A DNA stretch of 63,032 bases, counting the filler, from Hausera hauseri (Eukaryota), in assembly GCA_046269625.1 (NCBI GenBank). It is 10 parts of 10 records of this genome, joined end to end, with 100 filler letters (N's around TTAATTAATTAA, not from the genome) between each part and the next. Parts side by side here need not be neighbours in the genome. Positions count along the whole stretch, not along the records: positions 11,682 to 21,799 come from JBJURY010236628.1; positions 21,900 to 26,137 come from JBJURY010682883.1; 8 more parts are not named here. One strand, 5' to 3'. Shown here in pieces: positions 13,524 through 22,985 of this stretch. Under the pieces are notes generated by a model that saw nothing but the letters and a program-made list of their open reading frames with translations, had not been told where the DNA came from and made no database searches. Numbering within the stretch: position 1 is the stretch's first letter; each line of letters opens with the position of its first letter. Made by a program: the position numbers and the translations under genes.

Positions 13524-14489
13524 CTAGGCGTGGCCGACACTGAAAACCCACAACACCCGAATCTAGATGATCCACGTGACATAGTAAACGTATATTCAGC
13601 TTGGGATTTGTTAAATGCATTAAAAGAAAAACCCTACGTGACCCTTAAGGTCAACGAACAAAATGTTGAATTTTTATGTGACACAGGGGCCTGTAGAACC
13701 GTGTTGAGAGACACGGTCAAAGGACTTGTTGAATCTAACGCCTACCTGTGGGTGCACTCAGCTGATGGACAGACTAATAAAGAGCCCCTCTCAAAACCCA
13801 CGCGCTTTGAGGACCCAGAGTCAGGAAAAGTTGTTTATGCTTCCATAGTTATTTCTCCTAAGTGTCCCGTTAACCTTCTGGGCCGAGACTTGATGCAAAA
13901 GTTGCATTTGGGAATTGTCCCAACACAAAAAGGGATGAAAGTCATGAGACAGGGGGAAGGGGTGTTCCTGACAAACACCCAACTTGACTCATATGCGTCT
14001 CTTGATATCCTCCCACATGACCAGGCTAATTTACACATTACAGCTGACCTGATGAAAGAAGCAAAAGCAACCCTATCTAACCTGGAAGATGAACAGTTTT
14101 GGGACAAATTACATGTTACCCTAGCCCTATTCTCTTCAGATGATGACCAGGGGATCCCTGAGAAGGTTTCACTCCTGGCACCGGTCACACTGGCCATTGA
14201 GTGGATGTACACTGACAGGTGCTCATTCACAGCAGCCACGGTTCTATTGCCCTCGATGGCGCAAGACTTGTTTTGTTTAAATGCGACCTCTGTACCACAT
14301 GTGAGTTTAATCAAGGCACACAGAAATAGTTGGAAAGATACTGGACCCAGGTTGAGAGTGGCACAAGCTTGCATTGATTTTTTCCCCACAGAAAACTCTG
14401 CCTGGTTTTACAGCCCCAGCTGCGGACTTTGGAAAAGACCTGAGACGTACTTGTTGCTAGCAAAACCCCGACTCCACCCCCTGGCATGA
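13524..14489 (+). CDS. pro: Retropepsin protease fused to a 2H phosphoesterase domain, in frame with gag after a UGA
   Basis: FLCDTGA (Asp at 13680) and NLLGRDL, then two HxT/S motifs, LHVTL (14112) and PHVSL (14298), followed by WKDTG. Confidence 0.92.
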   Translation, partial: LGVADTENPQHPNLDDPRDIVNVYSAWDLLNALKEKPYVTLKVNEQNVEFLCDTGACRTVLRDTVKGLVESNAYLWVHSADGQTNKEPLSKPTRFEDPESGKVVYASIVISPKCPVNLLGRDLMQKLHLGIVPTQKGMKVMRQGEGVFLTNTQLDSYASLDILPHDQANLHITADLMKEAKATLSNLEDEQFWDKLHVTLALFSSDDDQGIPEKVSLLAPVTLAIEWMYTDRCSFTAATVLLPSMAQDLFCLNATSVPHVSLIKAHRNSWKDTGPRLRVAQACIDFFPTENSAWFYSPSCGLWKRPETYLLLAKPRLHPLA

Positions 14490-17400
14490 CAATCAGTGGC
14501 CCTACTTTCAGAGGACGATGAGACCCTTATTGCAGGTCTCCCTGAGACCCTTTGGTCCCAGGGACCCTCTGATGTAGGGCTATTAAATAGCATACCTCCA
14601 GTTAGAATAACACCAAAAGGTCCATACCGTCCAAATGTAAAACAATACCCTTTGAAGCCAAACGCAGAAATAGGAGTAGAACCTGTGGTGCGAGACCTGC
14701 TTACAGCAGGCATCATCATCCCTTGCACCACCTCCCCCTGTAACACGCCCATCTTTCCTGTACCAAAGGCAAACAATCTGTCCTGGAGGATGGTCCAAGA
14801 CTTACGCGCAGTAAATCAGGCTGTGGTGTCTCGGGCCCCTAATGTCCCTGACCCACACACTTTGCTGAACTCAGTTGAATCAGGTTCACAATGGTTCTCC
14901 GTTATAGATTTGAGCAATGCGTTTTTCTCAGTTCCTCTACATGAGGATTCGCAGTTTTGGTTTGCCTTTACATACAGAAATAAAAAATACACTTATACCC
15001 GTCTTCCTCAGGGGTTCACAGACAGCCCCACTATATTCACGCAAGCTATCACCAGTTGCTTACAAAATTTTCAACCCAAGTCCAGCCAACTTTTGATCTA
15101 TGTAGATGATTTGCTTTTGTGTTCAAAAACGAGAGCTGACTGTGAGTCAGACACGCTCTCTCTGCTTCATTATTTAGCAGAAACAGGAAACAAAGTCACT
15201 AAAGAAAAAATGCAGTTGGTCAAACAGGAAGTCACATATTTGGGTCAGAGCATTTCAGCTGAAGGCAGACGAGTACACACAGACAGAAAGCACACCATTA
15301 CAAATGCACCACAACCCCAAACAAAAAAACAGATGATGCAATTCCTGGGTTTGTGCAACTACTGCAGGGCGTGGATTCCAGATTATGCTGGAGTCACACA
15401 GCCCCTCTTGGACATGATCTATTTTAAACCAATGGCAATGTCTGAAATGATCACATGGACTCCTGTTGGAGAAAAAGCTTTTACAGATCTGAAACAACTC
15501 CTTATACAAAGTACGACTTTGCTGTTGCCAGACTACAAGAAAAGTTTTGTCCAAATGGTAGATTGTAAAGACGGTTTCATGGTATCAGTTTTGCTACAAG
15601 CGCATGGAGGTAAAAACAAACCCTTGGCGTTCTACTCTAAGAGGTTAGATCCAGTTGCTAGAGCACTACCTCCATGTGTACAGGCAGTGTGTGCTGCTGC
15701 GCTAGCGGTAGAAGCCTCAGCGGACGTCGTGCTGTTTCACCCGACTATGTTAATGGTCCCGCATGCGGTTGATGTGCTGTTGTTACAAAGCAGGCTTACA
15801 TCACTCTCACCAGCCAGACAAATAACCTACACAGCGCTGCTCCTTTCTCAGCCCCACATCACCATTCAGCGCTGCAATGTGCTGAATCCAGCAACCTTGC
15901 TCCCATGCCCCACAGAAGGCAAACCACATAGTTGCATAGAGCAGGCTGAAGCCCTGCAACTGCCCAGACCGGATCTCTCTGACACACCCCTTACTGAAGG
16001 CGAAACTTGGTTTGTTGATGGCTCTTGTTCAAAAGCCCCAGATGGAAAGAATCTTTCAGGTTTTGCAGTAGTGAAACTACCAAACACGATTTTATGTGCA
16101 CAACAACTACCCGCCCATTACTCAGCACAAGCTGCTGAAATACTGGCACTTACTGCGGCCTGCGACATGGGCAAGAATAAAATTATTACTGTCTACACAG
16201 ATAGCCAGTATGCATTCTCAACACTATTTTATTTTGCTAAGCAGTGGGAGAGGCGAGGCATGACAACATCTACAGGAAAACCTGTCACACATGCACAACT
16301 GCTGACAAATCTATTAGAAAAAGCACAACTTCCGGAAAAACTTGCGGTTTGTAAATGTACGGCACACACCCGAGGCACAGACTCAGTGACAAGAGGTAAT
16401 GCTTTTGCTGATGAAATAGCGAAACAGGCAGCTGCAGGACAACACGACAGAGGACATTTTCTTGCACAGACAGACAACTTCATAAATGAGGAAGTGTTGT
16501 TTTCAGCACAAGACAATGCACCACATGCTGAAAAACAATCATGGCTCCTTAGGGGAGCTACTAAAACCGACAAATGGATGCTGAATGAAAAACCCATCCT
16601 GCCTAAATCCCTATTCAGAGCAGCTGCCCTAGCGACACATGGACTATGTCATGTTTCGACAGGAGGAATGATTAAGATAATACAGGACCACTTTTTCACT
16701 ATAGGTTTAGAGGCTTACTTGAAACAATTTTGCAAACAGTGTACAATATGCATTAAACACAATCCACAAGGAAACATGAGACCTAAAAGAGGAGCATTTC
16801 CAAAACCACAATACCCATTTCAAAACATGCACATGGACTTCATCGAACTAAACCAGAGTGGGCCATACAAGTACTGTTTAGTGATGGTGGACGCATTCTC
16901 TAAATGGGTAGAAATAGTACCGACAACAAAACCAGATGCTATCTCCGTGGCTAAAGCTATCTGTAAAAACATCATCCCAACACATGGGGTCCCAGAAATA
17001 CTGTACTCAGACAATGGCACACACTTTGTAAATGAAGTAATTCAAACAATGGCCGACCATCTGAAAATAAAGTTGAAAAACCACTGTGCCTACCACCCAC
17101 AAAGCGCAGGCCTTGTGGAAAGAATGAATGGAACAGTAAAAAGTCGTTTGAAAAAATGCATTGAAGAGACAGGTAGGCCCTGGCCAGAATGTCTAGATCT
17201 GGTCAAACTCTATATGAGAATCACTCCAACAACAGCAGGCCCAACGCCTTATGAGATCCTATATGGAAAGCCATATAGACTTCCAATATTTGACTTAGAC
17301 AAAGCAGAGGAAGAAAACACGCTGGCAGACTACATGGTACAAACAATGAAACTGAAAGAAGTTCAGTATGCAAATTTACTGCCGCATGATTCTCTTCCTC

Positions 17401-17591
17401 CACAGGCAGTGACCGTGTCCCCGGGAGATTGGGTGTTCATCAAGGTGATAAAGAAGAAAACCTGGAACAGCCCACGCTGGGAGGGACCATACCAAGTTCT
17501 GCTGGCCACCCCCACGGCAGTGAAGGTGGCAGAGAGAACATCTTGGATCCATCTCAGTCACTGTAAGTTGCAAAAGGTGCTCGATCCCTAA
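14490..17591 (+). CDS. pol: Pol: reverse transcriptase, RNase H and integrase, in frame after a second UGA
   Basis: WRMVQDLRAVN, IDLSNAFFS, LPQGF, YVDD (15099). RNase H WFVDGS, SAQAAE, YTDSQYA. Integrase H-H-C-C, MDF, SDNGTHF, GLVERMN, WEGPY. Confidence 0.97.
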   Translation, partial: QSVALLSEDDETLIAGLPETLWSQGPSDVGLLNSIPPVRITPKGPYRPNVKQYPLKPNAEIGVEPVVRDLLTAGIIIPCTTSPCNTPIFPVPKANNLSWRMVQDLRAVNQAVVSRAPNVPDPHTLLNSVESGSQWFSVIDLSNAFFSVPLHEDSQFWFAFTYRNKKYTYTRLPQGFTDSPTIFTQAITSCLQNFQPKSSQLLIYVDDLLLCSKTRADCESDTLSLLHYLAETGNKVTKEKMQLVKQEVTYLGQSISAEGRRVHTDRKHTITNAPQPQTKKQMMQFLGLCNYCRAWIPDYAGVTQPLLDMIYFKPMAMSEMITWTPVGEKAFTDLKQLLIQSTTLLLPDYKKSFVQMVDCKDGFMVSVLLQAHGGKNKPLAFYSKRLDPVARALPPCVQAVCAAALAVEASADVVLFHPTMLMVPHAVDVLLLQSRLTSLSPARQITYTALLLSQPHITIQRCNVLNPATLLPCPTEGKPHSCIEQAEALQLPRPDLSDTPLTEGETWFVDGSCSKAPDGKNLSGFAVVKLPNTILCAQQLPAHYSAQAAEILALTAACDMGKNKIITVYTDSQYAFSTLFYFAKQWERRGMTTSTGKPVTHAQLLTNLLEKAQLPEKLAVCKCTAHTRGTDSVTRGNAFADEIAKQAAAGQHDRGHFLAQTDNFINEEVLFSAQDNAPHAEKQSWLLRGATKTDKWMLNEKPILPKSLFRAAALATHGLCHVSTGGMIKIIQDHFFTIGLEAYLKQFCKQCTICIKHNPQGNMRPKRGAFPKPQYPFQNMHMDFIELNQSGPYKYCLVMVDAFSKWVEIVPTTKPDAISVAKAICKNIIPTHGVPEILYSDNGTHFVNEVIQTMADHLKIKLKNHCAYHPQSAGLVERMNGTVKSRLKKCIEETGRPWPECLDLVKLYMRITPTTAGPTPYEILYGKPYRLPIFDLDKAEEENTLADYMVQTMKLKEVQYANLLPHDSLPPQAVTVSPGDWVFIKVIKKKTWNSPRWEGPYQVLLATPTAVKVAERTSWIHLSHCKLQKVLDP

Positions 17592-17787
17592 GGTGGAGTT
17601 GTGGTGAAAATCCTGGCTACAAAGGGGTTGTGAGCAATTTAGAGTCACTTCGTCTCAAACCAGGTGAAGAAACCAACAGATCCCTGCTCCATTTAGACCT
17701 TGGGGTAAGCGGTTTTGCAATTTAAGCAGCAATATCAGTCTCTAGTGAAGCCACTGAGAGCTGACCTACCTGTGTAGTGAACTGAGC

Positions 17788-19965
17788 ATGGAAATAACTA
17801 TGATTAGACTGATGGACAGGGCTCCAACCCGACCACCACCAGAAGAACCAGAAGATCCAGAACCAGAGGGGATGATGCCACAGTCGACATGGCAACAAGT
17901 CAAACAAAAAATACAAATGTGTCCCTGGTTTGATGGAATCCCTTGCTTTGTATATTTGCTAGCTTTCACTGTTGGAGCTGCAAGTATGTTTTTCATTACG
18001 TTTTGGTTTATCTATCCTGTTTTAGCAGGAAGACCCCCGTTTTCAAACCCCTGGAAGGTTGACAGCGTGGTCACCATAAGAAAAAGAGGGAATAATGGAC
18101 AACGAGCGGACAGAAATCATTTCAAATCTCATTGTACTGAGGGAAAACAAAATGTGACGGTGGTAAAGGGTGAGACCAGCACAATAATGTTAAATCCATG
18201 TGAATATTTTAATTGCCAGTCCCAATCCCATTTGGGTTGGGCTACCATATATGTCTGTTGGGTATGGAAAGTGGAAAACTGCCCCATATGTAGATCCTGG
18301 GCACAGGCTGCCTGGACCACCGCGACCACCGATTGGGGGTACACCTACCCGGATGACCCCACCCAGCTAAAGAACAGACTGTCCCTCTGGAAAGTAAATA
18401 ACACATCTCCAGTCGTTTTCTTGCGCCTGTCTAATACTACACAGGCCGATGAGGGGTATTTTATGGTCTGCGCTGAAGTGTCAGGAACAGACCCATGTGC
18501 ACCGTGGTGGTTACAAATAGTTGATAAAGAAACGCCCACACAACGTGTAACGCAGGTGTTCACAGCCCTCTCAGTTATAACATACCACCCCATGTCCCCA
18601 GACTCCCCAAGGGAGTATCAATGGGATCATAACCATCCAATGTTGACTGGAAATAGATGGTATTCAGTTCTTAGGCAATTAACCGCTGCAGGTGGTGTAA
18701 ACACATCATGTTATGCCTGTACCTTGTTCCCCAGAGACAACCTTGGGGCGATGCCTGTGAAACCACACCCGCTGACCAAGGAACAGGTAGCTTGCACCAT
18801 GATGGCATTAACCCCTCCTTTCCAGAGAACAGACAGCGTCTGGAATTTAACCAGGGCTAACTTAACAGGCCCATGCTCACAATTTAGCAATTTGACAATC
18901 AGAACCCCCAGTGGTCAGAAATTCAGAAATAAGGAAATGAACTTATTCGCGCCATTAGGCTCAGTTCACCCTAACCACGCTAATATCCAACACCCAGTTT
19001 GTATCACTAGAAAGGCTGTAGGACGTCGAGTTTTCTTAGGCCATGTGGGAGGTTGTCTTACAGTTTACTACGCCACTCGTGAGAAAACCCAAACCCAGGG
19101 TTTGAGTTCTGGCCGGGAAAGGTTAGTTAACTTGACTAATCTGCTGAATTTGACCTTTCTGGCAGAAGGTGTCTGGCCCTCGGATGAAGGTGCGGGGACC
19201 CTGAGGGACAGCCTGTGGCTGTGTGGAGACCATTATCACCAGGCCCTACCATCTCTCTGGGCAGGGACCTGTGCTCTGGTGGAACTGCGTCCAGCAGTGA
19301 CCCTCATGGATCAGCTGGTATATTCAACGCACCATTACCCTCATTTTCAGCCCCGCCAAGACGCTCTACAAAGAGAGAAAAGAGATGAGAAAGTTGTTAT
19401 TTCAGCAGATACAAAATTTTTGAGTGGCATTTTGCCCTGGTGGGGTACTGTTAATAATGCCCACCACATCGACAAGCTCCACATGGAATTAGAAAACTTA
19501 ACCTCCTTAGTCACAGATGGCTTTACTGCCCTCACACCTTACATAGCAGCTTCTCGGAACATGTTAACACAACACCAGATGGCTTTAGACTTGTTATTTG
19601 CCTCGCAAGGAGGCCTTTGCCACGTCATCGGTGACTCTTGCTGTACCTTCCTCCCCAACCCAACTGGAAATATGTCCGAAACCATCGCTCACCTAAATTC
19701 CCTTTTAGCTAAGATGAAGGAAGAGGAACTTGATGTCCCGCAAGGGTGGGATTGGTGGGCCTGGCTCACGGGCGGGGGGTGGAAAGCATGGGTGGCAAGG
19801 ATTTTAGTCCCCCTAGCAATTTTTCTTTTGTTGGTCTTGCTTTTCACATGTTGCATTGTGCCCGCCGTAAAAAAATGTATCAATTCGCTGTTTTCTAATC
19901 TCTTTTACCATCATATCCAGCAGTATGCTGTGGTGACTCAGGAAGACGACGGGCTTGAATCCTGA
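17788..19965 (+). CDS. env: Gamma-type Env glycoprotein with long leader and Ig-like N-terminal SU region
   Basis: Hydrophobic signal-anchor at about aa 52-80, CYAC (CxxC), furin site REKR (19372-19383), ISD-like QHQMALDLLFASQGGLC, CX6CC (CHVIGDSCC), Trp-rich membrane-proximal region, TM helix. Confidence 0.95.
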   Translation: MEITMIRLMDRAPTRPPPEEPEDPEPEGMMPQSTWQQVKQKIQMCPWFDGIPCFVYLLAFTVGAASMFFITFWFIYPVLAGRPPFSNPWKVDSVVTIRKRGNNGQRADRNHFKSHCTEGKQNVTVVKGETSTIMLNPCEYFNCQSQSHLGWATIYVCWVWKVENCPICRSWAQAAWTTATTDWGYTYPDDPTQLKNRLSLWKVNNTSPVVFLRLSNTTQADEGYFMVCAEVSGTDPCAPWWLQIVDKETPTQRVTQVFTALSVITYHPMSPDSPREYQWDHNHPMLTGNRWYSVLRQLTAAGGVNTSCYACTLFPRDNLGAMPVKPHPLTKEQVACTMMALTPPFQRTDSVWNLTRANLTGPCSQFSNLTIRTPSGQKFRNKEMNLFAPLGSVHPNHANIQHPVCITRKAVGRRVFLGHVGGCLTVYYATREKTQTQGLSSGRERLVNLTNLLNLTFLAEGVWPSDEGAGTLRDSLWLCGDHYHQALPSLWAGTCALVELRPAVTLMDQLVYSTHHYPHFQPRQDALQREKRDEKVVISADTKFLSGILPWWGTVNNAHHIDKLHMELENLTSLVTDGFTALTPYIAASRNMLTQHQMALDLLFASQGGLCHVIGDSCCTFLPNPTGNMSETIAHLNSLLAKMKEEELDVPQGWDWWAWLTGGGWKAWVARILVPLAIFLLLVLLFTCCIVPAVKKCINSLFSNLFYHHIQQYAVVTQEDDGLES

Positions 19966-20077
19966 GTCTAAACTTTAAAGCTGATTTTTTTGTAACTCTT
20001 ATTTTTTGGTTCTGGACTTTATTATTCCGATGTACAAATTCTATCGTCATAAGTTTGACTTTCCACAGTTAGAGCAC

Positions 20078-20091
20078 AAACAGGAGGGAAA
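20078..20091 (+). promoter_or_regulatory. Polypurine tract
   Basis: AAACAGGAGGGAAA immediately before the TG that starts the LTR. Confidence 0.8.
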
Positions 20092-20587
20092 TGTGAAAGT
20101 TATCTAAGCAAAGTTTTGTGCCTAACTGTGCAGCGAGCTGTTTTTATTTTGTTTGTTTGTTTTTTATCTACATAGCCTGACATACCAGAACAAGCTCTTC
20201 TTGCCCCCTCTACATATTTCCTTTTCTGCCCGAAACTAGACACACACCCCATTCCCTTTAGCCAATGTAGGAGTGATCAAAATGTTTCTTGTTCTTCTCA
20301 CGCAATGTGTTTTCAAATGTTATCCCCTCCCCTCAGCAACAGTAAAAGTAACTTCATGCTGATTGGAGGGTTCTGTCTTTGCACAATCTATGCACCTAAT
20401 AAATATGATCACGCAGCCTCACGAGGGCAGAGCTTCTTTGGATCTTGACTGCCATTAAGTTAAGTACAACGAACCTCTCCCTTTGCAAAGCGTATCATTT
20501 CAAAATCTCACTCTGCCTCCTTGCCTCTTTTGTTGGTTCACCTGGGTTGTTTGTTAATTTAATATTTTACAGAGAAAATATCCAACA
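20092..20587 (+). repeat. Retroviral LTR (496 bp, TG...CA)
   Basis: Bounded by the PPT and PBS. Begins TGTGAA, ends CCAACA. Contains CCAAT/ATTGG boxes and TAATAAAT at about 20397 (TATA versus polyA role ambiguous). Confidence 0.85.
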
Positions 20588-20591
20588 TTAA

Positions 20592-20609
20592 TGGTGCCGT
20601 GGCCCGGAT
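20592..20609 (+). promoter_or_regulatory. Primer binding site, tRNA-His
   Basis: TGGTGCCGTGGCCCGGAT matches 16/18 to the complement of the vertebrate tRNA-His 3' end (TGGTGCCGTGACTCGGAT). tRNA-His priming is known for epsilonretroviruses such as WDSV. Confidence 0.85.
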
Positions 20610-20889
20610 GGAATAGATCCTACACTGACGAGCGGAGGAAGACGCGTCGAACCCAGTGCACGGGCAGACCGTTGTGTCTGAAGTAAAGACCCGGAGGACT
20701 CCGTTTCTTCACAGGCCGACGTTGTAGGTCCGATCCCACCTGTCAGTGTTGGATTATCTCCATCCACACTGGGTGACAGGCAACGGCAGAGAGTGAGTAA
20801 AAGACACATAAAGATCTAGGGTTGAAAGTTATTGTACAAAAAACAAAACAAAACAAAAAAAAATAGAATAAAAACTACAGTTTAGAATA

Positions 20890-21070
20890 GCCACCCAGTC
20901 GTCGAACTGGTTCGTAAAAAGTGTCGTCGAACACAGTAAATAGGCCGTCGAGCCGCCCAGTCGTCGAACTGGTTCGTAAAGAGTGTCGTCGAACACAGAA
21001 AACAGGCCGTCGAGCCGCCCAGTCGTCGAACTGGTTTGTAAAGTGTGTCGTCGAACACACAGAAAACAGG
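20890..21070 (+). repeat. Three tandem 62-nt leader repeats built from CGTCGA-loop hairpins
   Basis: Units start at 20890, 20952 and 21014. Hairpins CCAGT-CGTCGA-ACTGG, GTGT-CGTCGA-ACAC and GGC-CGTCGA-GCC. Confidence 0.92.
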
Positions 21071-21279
21071 AAGGACGTCGTCCCTTTGATGAGTGAATGA
21101 GGAATGCATGGATGAGTGACGTGACCGAAAAATAATCATCATATTCACGCGGAAACCTGACGAGGTCAACAGAAAAGTACATTGATTTTTATTTTTAATT
21201 TTAACTTTTTATTTTATTTATTTTTATTATTTTTATTTTTTTGATTGATTTACTTTATTTATTTCTTTATTTATTTGAT

Positions 21280-21799
21280 TCTCCTATAATTTTTGTGCTA
21301 ATTTCAACTACTCATATGTCGACATGTTCAGCTCATTTAGGACAATTGTGCTATGACTTTTGGTAATGGTGCAACTTTAGTTATTTGAAATATTTAGCCA
21401 TTTCTGCCATTTTTAGCCCATTGAAAATGAATGGAGCTTATTTTACATCCTTTATATCTTTAGATCTATTTACAATATTTCACTACTCCTTTCTCATTTT
21501 GGAACAGCTCAGCTTCCTTCAGGTTCCTTCTAAATTTATTTAAAAACTTTCAGCTAATTTCAGCTATTTCTTCAACTGTTTTGTGCTCTTTTCAGTTTTA
21601 TTCAGCTTACTTCGACATTCTTGTACTTCTACTGACTTACTTCTGCTAAATTTCAGATCATTATGCTCCTTTCAGCTAATTTTTGAACGATTCAGATATT
21701 TCTGCTATTTCAGATTTTTTCGGCTTTGTGCTTATTTTTGCTACTATCAGCTTCTTCTGCTATTTTAGCTACTATTAAGCTGTTTTATGCTAATTTCAG
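21280..21799 (+). repeat. Degenerate T-rich minisatellite in the retroviral leader (continues at 11682-11840)
   Basis: Recurrent GCTA(A/T)TTTCAG / TTTTAGCT units. Confidence 0.65.
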
Positions 21800-21899
21800 N
21801 NNNNNNNNNNNNNNNNNNNNNNNNNNNNNNNNNNNNNNNNNNNTTAATTAATTAANNNNNNNNNNNNNNNNNNNNNNNNNNNNNNNNNNNNNNNNNNNN

Positions 21900-22940
21900 A
21901 TCAGAGAAGTGCGGTAGAGTGGACACTTCTACCTACTCTTATGCAGAATTCAATCTTACAATCATTGAATGACGTTGAGGTAGGAATGGTAGAAACGCGA
22001 TCTACTAACATATACATTTTTATGGAGACCGGGAAGTTGCTTTAGCAGATTTTACATTCACTTACAAACCAAGTATTCTTACAAATGTAGTGAAGATTAA
22101 ATATCACAAGATGAAAAATATAACGATTTAAAACCTTTATGAAATTGAGCATCTTAGAGGTGATTGTGTAGTTTCAAAGATAGAACATGATTTCAAAGTA
22201 GAACCGGTTTTCATAGGAAAGTTTCCAACTATTTCTCTACTTGAAAATAAACTTCTCAATTCACATAACAATGATGTAAAGTTGAATCTTTTGGATGCAG
22301 TTGCAGCAAAATATCTTGGTTTTACGGGTACAAAAGTCGAAAGAAACTATGCCAATGGAGAAGTACAAATAATTGCCGAAAATGAAGTAGATTCATCTGA
22401 TTATAGTTATCTTGTTGAATTAAAATTTACAACAGTACTTGTAGAAGAACTACAATTTGAAATTGTAGGCGGTCATTAATTTCGGAACATTGATAAATTG
22501 TGTGAATATCTTAAGAGCACATGGTCAGATGTGTGTGTTATATATAACTGTAAAATGACATGTTCAATATACAGTTTATTTCAGATATTGTTCAAATAGA
22601 ATTTGATCTATCTTTGGTAAAAAGGTTAGGATTAGATAAAATTATATTTGGTAGAAATGAAATTAAAGCACTTTCATCTCCAAGACTGTACACTGGAATA
22701 AGTAACCTTTACATTTAAATAAGTTTAAGTGAACTTCTTCTTGCTGGTGATGTTTGTGTCTCTCTGTTAAAGTCACTTGGGTTGGATCATACTAAATTTA
22801 AAATCGAAGATGTTAACCCGAAAATTTCCATGTATTTACTGGTAGCTTCATCATCATAGACAAAATTGAAATTAACATTCGAGATAATTCTCTCTGACTA
22901 CTTGTTATAAGAAAACAGATTTACAATAAAATTCGTTTCC
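21900..22940 (+). pseudogene. Decayed Polinton minor capsid (penton) gene
   Basis: VEVGMVE near the 5' end; GISNLYI*ISLSELLLAGDVCVSLLKSL..IDKIEINIRDN near the 3' end, matching the C-terminus of the penton at 6277-6561. Confidence 0.6.
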
Positions 22941-22985
22941 TTGTAAGTCGAAAATCATAACTCATAATGAATTAAATGCTCAAAT

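Larger units (their letters stand above)
11682..21799 (+). mobile_element. Complete epsilon-like (fish-type) retrovirus genome, circularly permuted, single LTR
   Basis: Order is gag-pro-pol-env-PPT-LTR-PBS-leader. The first 77 nt (11682-11758) equal the last 77 nt (21723-21799). Confidence 0.95.

Noticed and set aside
13521-14489. Alternative genetic code (UGA=Trp) or selenocysteine for the in-frame UGAs
   Set aside because: Trp is encoded by TGG throughout, env terminates at TGA, and the UGAs fall at domain junctions rather than catalytic positions.
12152-19883. Minus-strand ORFs within the retrovirus (for example 13835-14389, 184 aa)
   Set aside because: No recognisable motifs. They are consistent with antisense shadows of the long plus-strand frames.
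20890-21070. 62-nt repeats as a CRISPR array
   Set aside because: The units are contiguous near-identical tandem copies with no unique spacers, there are no cas genes, and they lie in a retroviral leader.
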